From Paramoeba atlantica (taxonomy: Eukaryota > Protista > Discosea), in assembly GCA_977017575.1 (NCBI GenBank), contig CDRNVI010000212.1, forward strand, positions 1 through 41,830: a stretch of DNA of 41,830 bases. Reading direction: 5' to 3'. The position numbers were made by a program, and so were the translations under genes. Positions 10,506 through 20,203 of the stretch are shown here, piece by piece. The stretch's first letter is position 1. Every line of letters begins with the position of its first letter. The notes beneath the pieces were generated by a model. It had not been told where the DNA came from, did no database searches, and was given only the letters and a program-made list of their open reading frames with translations.

Positions 10506-11735
10506 TTAGAAGTTGGGGAGGTAGAACTGTTCAAAAGAGATAAAAATTGACACCACCAAACAAAGAAAGAAGAATAAAGAAAAAGAAAGAAAAATCAAAC
10601 CCATCCCCACTCAAAAACAAGGTGTCACCATCAGTAACACCTGATGGCACCATCAGGCTGTCATTGAAGCAAGAGCCATGACTGGTAGCAGGACCCAAAA
10701 CTGGAGAAGAAGAAGATGAATCACCAAAAGTGGGAGAAGGTTGGTGAAGAGGTTGGAAAGGAGAGCTCTCTGGAGAGAGAGGAGAATTAGTATGTGGAGG
10801 AGAATGAGAAGGTGACAGAGGATTCAAAGGTGGAGGAGAATAAGAAGGTGGAAGATAAGAAGGAGGAGGAAGTGGGTGAGGAGATTGAGATTTGGTCTGA
10901 AAAGAATGAGGAGCCATAGTCCTTTGGTAGGCTTGGAGGAGTAATTGATTTTGCTGCAAAATTGACATTCAAAAAGAGAGAAAGAGAGAAGAAAGAGAGG
11001 GAAGGAAGAACAAACCAGTTGCCAGGCCTTTAGTTTTTCATTCTCAAGTGCCAAAACCTGACGAGACATTTTGTCTCTGGCTTTCTGGGACTGCTGAAAC
11101 ATCTCAAGTCTGGTTGTCGTCGATCGATTCATTGCTTCAGCAAGCACTTCCGCCCCATGAGTGGGAGTTGCTCTTTTTCTTTTTGCTGAAAGGACTGAAA
11201 CAAAAAATGAGTGAATTGGAAAAAAGAAAAGAGAGGGATAAAGAAAGAAAAAACCTTTTTTGTGTTTTTCAAGGTCCTCATCTGTCACAGACTGTTTCTC
11301 AGGAGGAGCAACCAGATTAAGAGGCAAAGGCGTTGATGAAATCTTCGAATTCTCCCAAATGATCTCTTCCAATTGATTCAACAAACTTTGCTTTTCATTT
11401 ACGAAGTCTACAACTCTTTTTGGCAGGGCTCGGGCCTTGGCAGGACGTTGTTGGGCAGGATGTTGTGTTTCGTCCGTTGGCAGGCGAGAAGTGTACAGCT
11501 TATATATTGTTTGGTACTGTTTGTAAATATTTTCCTTATTCCGTTCCGTCCGACCACCAAGGAATTGAAACGCTTTGTGAAGCCATTTACGGAGAGAGGT
11601 CTTGTCATGGAAGGCATCAGCTCTATCGAGAGGAAGGTGCTCTGAACCTTTTTTCAACTCTCCTTGATAAAGACCAATCATCCCCTGGATGATCATCTCC
11701 ATTTCATCATGGGACCAACAACTACTACTCGGCAT
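10506..11735 (-). CDS. Myb/SANT (trihelix-like) domain protein with coiled segment and Pro/Ser-rich tail, ~4 exons
   Basis: MPSSSCWSHDEMEMIIQGM...KWLHKAFQFLGGRTERNKENIYKQYQTIYKLY, then KRKR..AEVLAEAM..LEMFQQSQKARDKMSRQVLALENEKLK. GT-AG introns at ~11255-11190, ~11015-10955 and ~10600-10530. The 3' end is tentative. Confidence 0.55.
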
Positions 11736-12659
11736 TTTAAAAAACAAAAACAAAAAACAAAAAACAAAAACCAAAAACCAGAAAAGAGCATCGTTTTAAT
11801 GCGACCTCCAGAGCGGAGCGAAAACGAAAACGAAAATAAGTTTTGCAATTGTTGCAAAGAAGATATCAAGTGGCCTGATGAAAGCCATGACTCAACAGAT
11901 GGCACGGATCTGTTTCTCTCAACCTCAGAATCAGTCTCTGAGGATCCATCGGCTCTCCTTCTCTTCCTGTCTTGATCTTGAGGACCTATCCAAACCTCCA
12001 CCTTCTCTTCCTAGGTTAATAGCAGCTCCCACACACTTTGATATCAAAGCGCTGCCTCTGAATCCCACTCTCCTTTCTTCTAGAACCTTTTCTCTTAAAT
12101 CTTTGCCCTTGGCAATGGAATAAAAATTTTACAAGAAAAACCAAAAAAAGAAACGGAAAACAGCAATCAAAAAAAAAACGCTTTTTTCCCTCTGTTTTCC
12201 TACTTTTGTTTTCCCCTCTCTTCTTTTCCTTCTTTTCCTGCTTTTCGTGATGTTGATTTCTGCTTTTGTTCTGTTGCGGTTATATCCTTGATCTCACGCT
12301 GATTTGTTTTCCTTTTTGTCTTTTTCCTTCTTTTGATTTGTCTTGTTTTCTCCCTTTTCCCATTTCTTGTCACAAACCCAGAGAAAAAACCATTCACAAG
12401 AAAAACTTTGCCTCTTTCTGAGAAACAGGAGAAGAACCTTCAGGAGGAAAATCTTTCTCTTTTCGATGCGACATCAAAACTCCTCAAAAGGAGGAAGAGG
12501 AACTGGATGAAAAGTACGTCCTTTTCCGGTTTGGTGAAATATTCTTCTTTTCTGGAATGTCGAGGAGCGAGAAGCTTTTATTCATTTATGTTCTTCAACG
12601 CATCACCGTACGACTGAATAATAATGATTTTGGACCAAAGAACAACTTTATTCGTCTTT

Positions 12660-12835
12660 AGATTACGAACGACGCGGACATTCGAGAATGATTGTCCGGT
12701 GTTTTTTGAACTGCAAACATCGCACCTGTATGACGCGATCGCACCTGCATGACGCTTGACGCGGAGCAGAATTCTCTGAATGCAACGTGACAGACACCTT
12801 TGTGACGTGGCGCCTTTTGTGGTGGGGCTGTGTTT
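12660..12835. promoter_or_regulatory. CpG-rich promoter-like island with repeated TGACG motifs
   Basis: ATCGCACCTG(T/C)ATGACGC twice (12719-12736 and 12738-12755), plus further TGACGC and TGACGT sites, immediately upstream of the ATG at 12867. Confidence 0.5.
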
Positions 12836-12866
12836 TGTTTCTTGTTGATTTTTTGTTTATTTGGTC

Positions 12867-13169
12867 ATGGAAAGAACGCGGTGTAAAAGACTAGTTGTCG
12901 AGGATCCAGTCGAGGTGACGGATCCTGCTAAAGAGGAGGAGGAGCCAGAGGAAATGGAAAGAACGCGGTGTAAAAGACTAGTTGTCGAGGAGCCAGTTGA
13001 GGAAATGGAAAGAACGCGGTGTAAAAGACTAGTCGTCGAGGATCCAGTCGAGGTGATGGATCCTGCTAAAGAGGAGGAGGAGCCAGAGGAAATGGAAAGA
13101 ACACGGTGTAAAAGACTAGTTGTCGAGGATCCAGTCGAGGTGATGGATCCTGCTAAAGAGGAGGAGTTC
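12867..13169 (+). repeat. Coding tandem repeat, 4 units (87/51/87/78 bp), each starting with ATG
   Basis: ATGGAAAGAAC(G/A)CGGTGTAAAAGACTAGT at 12867, 12954, 13005 and 13092, encoding MERTRCKRLVVE(D/E)PVE... Confidence 0.95.
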
Positions 13170-14326
13170 AGTGAATCAGTGAAAGCTCGAGTTTTTGAGA
13201 AGGCAAAGGAAATGTTGGAATTTCTTGAATTCATTGAGGTTCGGAGATTCACACGTTTCAAATTTATTTTTTGAAACTTTCAATGGATGATTTACTTCCA
13301 ATTTCTTTTTAGGATAAGCATCTTGACTTTTTTAAATCACCCAAATTTCTTCGAGCATCTTTTGCTCGTTTTGAATGTTGGATCGACCTTCTCAAACAAA
13401 ATTCAGGTTTTTTTTTGTTTTGGACAAGAATATTCTGTTTTTCTTTTCACAAAACCAACAATATAAATAATTTTCTTCTTTCTTCAGCAGGCGGAGCGGA
13501 AAATCTTTATCCACCAATTGATGTTGCTTTTATTTGGCATGCTTACATGATTCGAACAGGAATCTATCTTGAAGTCTCTTTTTCCTCTCCTTTTTTCCTT
13601 TCTTCAAATTTCATTTTTGGGACTCACAAAAACACTCCCCAATTCTCAGGATATTGAAAAGATTGCTCCTGGTTCATCAAAATGGGCAAAGAAAATTTGT
13701 TGGAAATGGAATTCATCTGAAGAAATAACATCTCATTCCAAAAAACTGTGGGACGAAAATAGTGGAAAGTTAGACCCCTCTTTTGCTTCTTATTCTCTTC
13801 CTATTTCTTTGGATGCTCTTCCTGGTTTCTTTTTTTTCTCTCTCTTCCGTCGTTCTTTCCTTGATTTATTTTCTTTCACTTCATTACAGAGAAAGAAAGT
13901 GTTCTTCCTTATCAATTGAAAATGGAGTTTCTTCTCGAGGACTTGAAGTGGATTCGTGATCTTCGATCTGGTTTGTTTTGAGATTTTTGAATTTTTGAAT
14001 TTTTGATTTGCCAAAAGTTTTGGCAAATTGGAGGGGAAAATTTGAAAAGAGAGAGTTTTTTTTTGAACCAACAAATTGTAGGATGGTCTGCTTTTACTGA
14101 AACTCGATGTCAATTTCTTTCTGATACTCTTGAGAAATATTTCAAATGGTTGTATGAAGCCTACAAGGGAGAGGAGGCAAATGAGTCAGACGATGGTCCA
14201 ACAATTGATCTGGATATTTTTTGGCATGCACATATTCTGGCTCCTGAACTTTATGAGATTGATGTTGTTCGGTTGTATGGAAAAGTTATTTGGCATCGCC
14301 CAAAAGCGGACGAAAAGAGTTGTTGA
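12867..14326 (+). CDS. DUF1399 / glycine-rich-domain-protein (GRDP)-like protein, multi-exon, 3' end uncertain
   Basis: Two family motifs, LYPPIDVAFIWHAYMIRTGIYLE and GPTIDLDIFWHAHILAPELYEIDVVRLYGKVIWH; GT-AG introns keep the frame. Confidence 0.75.
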
Positions 14327-14714
14327 TTTTTTATTTCTCACATCTTTGTCCCTAATTGGTTTGGGTGAAAGAAAGAAAAGAGAATGTGAAAAGAGAAATA
14401 AATAAAAGGGACAGTGGAAATGTCTCAAGTCACTTCAAAGCCCTTTTTATCAAATTCCCCTTCCTTCCCTCCTCAAATTGAGAATTTTTTGAAATTCTTT
14501 CCAATGTTTGGAATAACAAATTGGAGTTGAACATCCCCTGCCCAACGAGGAAATATGTGGTTGAGAAAACATTGGGAAATAAGTTCTCGCTCTCCTTTTC
14601 GGGACACCTTTTCTTATTTTTGGGAAAAGAAGAGAGAAACAACAAGTTTCAGGAAAAAAGATTTCGTTTATTTTTCAGGTTTTTTCTCTTTCGTTTTGGT
14701 GGGACGCTCCATGC

Positions 14715-15209
14715 TCATGGTTTTTTCAGGATGAGTGTCTTGATGTGATCTTCCTTGCAACTCATACACAAGTAACCAGAGGGGCAGCTGGCAGAATGAA
14801 TGGTGTTGCCCCAAGTGTGTGCAAATACAGCAGCGCACTCCCCATTCGCTTGGCTGTTAATGGTAAACATAGCAAAGACATCAGGAGGGACAGATGCAAA
14901 GCTGACTTGGTTGGCAGGAACAGTGGTCTCAACAATACAAGAGATGGTGGTCGTCTCCCAAGTCACCAGGATAGCGCTGTCAGTATCACAATAGTTGGCA
15001 AAGTAGCAGTCAGTCCCAGCAGCATTCCAATTATCCCAGACACGATTGCACTCGGTACTGTCTGAAAACTTGATGTAAGGATCTGTTGATGTCAGTGGCG
15101 CCATTCCCAAGGATCGGGTCGCATTCATAAGGTGTGGGGAGTGGACAGGGAGAGTGTTGACTCTTGCCACAAGCAGGAACACAACAAAGACTCCAATAAT
15201 GTGCTGCAT
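14715..15209 (-). CDS. Secreted Cys-containing protein of unknown function (164 aa, intronless)
   Basis: ATG start, hydrophobic signal peptide (MQHIIGVFVVFLLVARVNT), 8 Cys, normal amino-acid complexity, and more GC-rich than its flanks. Confidence 0.7.
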   Translation of the reverse strand: MQHIIGVFVVFLLVARVNTLPVHSPHLMNATRSLGMAPLTSTDPYIKFSDSTECNRVWDNWNAAGTDCYFANYCDTDSAILVTWETTTISCIVETTVPANQVSFASVPPDVFAMFTINSQANGECAAVFAHTWGNTIHSASCPSGYLCMSCKEDHIKTLILKKP

Positions 15210-16477
15210 TGTTGTTCAAGCAAGACAAAACTCACCGGGTTCGGAAAAAGGTCCAATTTCGGGACGAACAGGAAAAAAATCGGTTGCAATCGGTTTTCGT
15301 TTGGTTTTTTAACACTCCGAAATAAAATCTAAGAAAAGGCGAAGAATGAACATTTTTTAAGCACCGTTTTTCTCAGCCCCTTTTTGGGTTTTATTTTTGA
15401 GGTTTGGTTTTTTTTTTACTTTTTCTGTTCAGAACGATTGGAAGGCACAATGAGTTCCCACAAAGACGATTGGGTGACTGTCACCCTCTCTCTTCCTCCT
15501 GCTCTTTTGGAGTGGAGACGGGTTGTGGGCATGGAACAAAACTGTTTCACAATGGAAATTATCTCGTCCATCGCATTTATACGACACAACCCTCATGATA
15601 CCAGGAAGAAGACAAAACCAACCTCCCTTCAGTGAGTACCATCAAGGCTCTTGATGATTTCGGGAGTCTGTTCTTTTGCAGAATCTTTTTTGTTTTGTTT
15701 TGGCGCAAAAAAACCGGGTGTATCGGATTCATTTCCTAGAAGAATATCAAAAATATTGGAAGTGCCCTCCAAAACCTTCAAAAGGAAAGCCTCCATCTTG
15801 ATGTGACTCTTGCCTCAAATTAAACGAGAAACTTCGAAAACAAGCAACAAGGGATGCAAAAAAAGAGAAGTAATTTTCTTTTTCTTTTTCTTCTTTCTTC
15901 TCTTTCTTTTTTTCTTTTTTTCTTTTTTTTCCCTTCTGGAGTCAGCAAGAGAGAGAGTCAACATTGTTGGTTTTTTTAGCGATGCTGTATTTGATGTTTT
16001 TGTTGTTCCCCTTATTTCAGTGCATTTATGGTTGGCTGGATGGTGGAAAAATAGTGCCCCAGGATTTGAGGCCTTTGGTCAATTCTCTCTTGTGCCACAA
16101 CATACCGCGAGCCCGGTTTGCATCTCTTTTTGAGAGTGAATGTTGTCACTTTCAACTTTTCGAAGTGACAATATTCACTCTCCTCTCAAATTTGTGAGCG
16201 AACATTTCGTTTTGTTGGTGGGGATTTATTCCCAATTTTGCGAAGAAATCTTAAGTCGAAACGAAATTCAAACCTGAATTATGAAGAGAGAGAGTTCTGC
16301 TTGTCGAAACTCTTTTGTGATGTGGTGATGCCATTTTGAGCTCTTTTTTTCAACAAAAAATTGGTGGTGATAATAAGCCAACAATCAAAAATGTTAATAC
16401 AGAAAAGGTTGTCCCCAAAGGCTGAAAATTCATTGAATAAATTAAAATAAATTAAATTTATTCTTTTGTTGATACCA

Positions 16478-19400
16478 TTATGTTACAAGCAAATCTTGAA
16501 AATATAAAAAAATGAAAATTGCAATAATCATTATCAGAATTCCAGCAGAAGTGGTTGAACTTATAATTACAAAATAAACTTTATCATCCTCCAGACCACT
16601 CTCAAGATTTGTTCCAAATAAACCAACAACAAAAGCTCCAATTGCAAATGCCATTGAGACTAATGAAAAAAGAGTTGTGTAACTCAACAACTGGGAGAAG
16701 AAATGAGGAACTTAAAGGAAAAATACAAAAATGAGTAAAATAAAAATAAAATCGTAACTTGATTTCGAGCAGTATCAAGACGAAGAGTCATCAATGCCTC
16801 AGTCGCACTCATTTCATGGAGAGCCAAATCCATGTTTGTCAACATTTCATTAAAATTTTGCAGATATGATTCCAACAATAACTCAACCTATTTTAGTTTT
16901 AAACAAAGTTCTATTTTTAATTCTTTTACTTTTTTCAAATGGTCTCAAAAAAGAAAATAAACCTCTGCATGAGCATCTAAAATTTCAGCCTTTAAAGGAG
17001 GGTCATACAATTCTGGGTTTTCTGCCAATATTGAAAGATTACACAACGCCATATCCTAAAAAAAAAAAAATTAATTTCATTATGCAAATCAAGTTCTCTT
17101 TTTTTTGATAAAAATTAAAATATCCACCTCTTCATCATCTAACAAAGTAAGAAGAACTCGACGAATATTTGTGATGTGAGTTATATTTGTTGTATATTCT
17201 TTCCTCAGTGATTTTAATTCTTCCTAAGAATGTGACCAAAAAAAAAAAAGAAACTCAATTATTTCTCAAATATCTATCAAAGAGAGATCAAAAATCAAAA
17301 CTTGAGTTGATCTTTGAGTTAAAAGGTGGCTCTTTTTCTTCAAACGAGTTTGAAAATTCTCCTGTTTATTTAAATTTTAGTTAATTTTTTAAGAAAAATG
17401 AAACAAAGAGAATATATTCAAACCTGTCTTTCTTCAAGTTCATTAATTTCTCTTTGTTTCAACCACACAACTGTTTCCATTATTGAATCAATTACTCTCA
17501 ACTCAAATGGTAAAAATGCTTCCTCTTCCTCACCATATTGATCTTCATCCTCTTCTTCTTCTTCTCTCTCTTCTTCCTCTCCACTTTCTTTGTCTAATTC
17601 TTTTATTGGTTCCCTCTCTTCTTTTGTCTCATTTTCTTCCTCCAAATGAAGATTGTCTTCTCCTCTCATTTCTTTTTTCTCTTCTTCTCTTATTCTTTGC
17701 AAGATGAGAGGAGTGTGGAGAGTATCAAGTTGCTGTATTGAAGAAACTGAAGAAATTGTAATTCCTGAAGTATCATCAATTGTTTTTGTTGTGGTTGCGC
17801 ATGATGTGTTTGTTGGGAGGTGAGGAGAGAGAGGAGAGGCAGCTCTTTCAAGTTTTCGGTGGTAGAGTTTGTGGCTTGACCTATTTTGGAGGCGACTGAA
17901 ATCTTTTGTTGTGGCAAGTCTAATTTGAATTTTCAAAGAAAATCAATTGAAATTGAAATAAATGGACCAATAAAAAGAAAAAAAGAAAAGAAATGAGACT
18001 TTGGGTATTCGAGATTTCGAGAGAGACGCTGATCAAGCATATGTAAAAACCCATCAGCCCCAAATGGTAACAAAAGGATCAGTCTTTCCTGTGATAATTT
18101 TGAAAAAAAAAGAAGAAAAGAAAACAATAGAAACAAAGAGGAAAGAAGGAAAAGAAAAGTTTTTCAACCTCTGTTAAAACTCCCCGAAGTTGCTCTAAAG
18201 CAAAAATAACACAATGTCTTCGAGGAAGAATTTGAGGCTCCTTTTTCAAAAAAAAAAGAAAAGAAAAATGAGAAAGAGAAGGAAAGAAGAAAAAATATTT
18301 TAAGTTGACAAAACAAAACGGAAGACATACCAGATTCGGAAAAAGAGAAAAGTCTAAACGACGAAGATCTCGTGGGACCAACCACCCTCTTGCTTTTCCT
18401 TTTTAAAAAAATTGAATGAAGAGAAAAATGAAGGAAAGGAAATAGAAGGAAATGAAAAAAGAAGGAAAGGAAAGGAAAGGAAAAAGAAAAAGGAGAAAAG
18501 ACCTGAATCTTTGATATAATAAGTTGTTCTTCCTCCATGGAATCGAACCTTTCATTGAAAAAATAGTATTCAATTCTCTTGTTCAAAACTCTTTTCTTTT
18601 CTCTTTCTTCTCTTTTCTTTTCTCTTTCTTCTCTTTTCTTTCTCCTCTTTGAAATGACCTTTTCTTTTTTCATTGCAAGGACATTAATTTGTTTGCAAAG
18701 GTCTCTCAATGACTTTTCAAAATATCCCTTTTCTCCTGTTGACAAAATCTAAAAAGAGAATGAATGAAGGAAAGAAAAAATAATTAAAAGAAACATTTTT
18801 CAGGAGAACAAAATTTAAATTTAAAAAGGAAACATTTTTCAGGAGAACAAAATTAAATTTAAAAAACAAACCTCCAAAGCAAGAACACGCTTCTGCTTGA
18901 AAGAAGTGACACTAGAAACAAAAGGAAATTGTTTTCTTTTTTTTTCTTGTTCTTGTTCTTGTTCTTGGTGTTCTTGGTGTTCTTGGGGTAGATGAGAATA
19001 AAGAAGAGGTTTCTCTTCTTCTATCTCTTCTCTCCCATCAGGAGATCGAAATGCAGCCTCAAAAGCCTTCTCATAAGTTTCTTCTCTCTCTCTTTCCTCT
19101 TCGTTTTCTCTGCCTTCATGTCGTCTCTCTTCTCCTTCTCTCGGTTTTTTCTCTTTTGAAGCCGAAAGAACTTTTTCTCCTTCCTTTTCATCTCCTTTCT
19201 CGCTTCCCTCAATCACAATGATTGATGGAGTTCGAATTGATTGATGGCCTGAAAACATGTATCATAAGAAGAAAAGATGAGAAAAAGAAAAACAAGAAAA
19301 AGAATCATGAGAAAAAGAAAAGAAAAGAGAGAAAAAGAACGAGGAAAGAAAGAAAAGAGAACGAGAAGAGGAAAGAGATGAAGAAGATGATGAAGATGAA

Positions 19401-19849
19401 GAATCAGAAGTCGATCGAGGAGAAGAAGAAAGAGGATGTAGATAAGAAGAAGAGAGGGGTTGGCGATGTTGTAAAATTTCTTGCAATCCTGTGAACAAAA
19501 AAGAAGTCATTTTCAGATTATTTTCTTCTTCTTTCTCTTTTTGTTCTTTGTTTCTATCAATTGGCAAACCAGAAGTTGAAACAACATCAAATTTCTTGAT
19601 TGACGCTTTCATTTTTCTTTCCTTTCTTTCATTTGATTTTCGAATTTGCCGAAGTCGCTGTTGTTCTCCTCCTGGCAACAAGTGCTGATCTCCTCCTCCA
19701 TCTCCTTCTTGGGTTCTTTCTCTCTTCTTTTTGTTACCCCCTTTTTTTCTTTTTCTTGGTCGACTTTTCTTCTCCCATTCAACTTCGTAAGAGCGAGAGA
19801 GAGGAGAAGAAAAGTTCAAATCAATTGTCGACCCTTCTTCATACTCCAT
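16478..19849 (-). CDS. MRS2: MRS2/CorA-family divalent cation channel with GTN in place of GMN; many exons, start uncertain
   Basis: Motifs LRDL, ILPR..VIFALEQLRGVLT, LPFELRVID, LLDDEEDMA, VELLLESY, LRLDTARNQLL, two C-terminal TM helices and FGTNL; long acidic/basic low-complexity inserts. Confidence 0.88.
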
Positions 19850-20203
19850 CCTCTCTCTCTTCTGCCAAAAAGTAAAAAAAAAAAAAGGAAAAGTGTGGAA
19901 GGGGTATCCTGAGCTCCTGACCTGAGTTCCGAGAATGAGTATTCCGTGAATCAGATTCCAAGAATAAGAAGTTGAGACTTGAGAGTGAAAGAGACTTGTG
20001 AACAAATTAGAAAAGTCGAGAAGAAAAGGAAACAATTAAATTGCGCCGAGAAGAAGGTTTTTATTCTGTGAATGGGCACATTTTGATTTTCGGTATCTTT
20101 TTTTCTGTTTTTGATTTTTTGGGAATCTTTTTTTTTGGACCATTTTTTTGTTTTGGAAAAAGCAAGCAAGACTGAGAAGAAAGAAAAGAAAGAAAGAGAA
20201 ATA

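Noticed and set aside
11800-12650. Possible additional gene(s) between the Myb-like gene and the CpG island
   Set aside because: Short protein-like frames exist on both strands, but I could not build a consistent start, splice and stop model.
12867-13169. CRISPR-like repeat-spacer array
   Set aside because: The units are in-frame coding repeats with near-identical intervening sequence, in a eukaryotic gene with no cas genes.
15450-16312. Small ORF 15450-15635 (+) and a possible two-exon minus-strand gene at ~16010-16312
   Set aside because: Both are plausible but short and without recognisable motifs; they cannot be supported without transcript data.
18787-18861. ~37-bp tandem duplication (also small duplications near 20355-20410 and 22715-22745)
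   Set aside because: These are intronic slippage products in low-complexity DNA with no sign of function.
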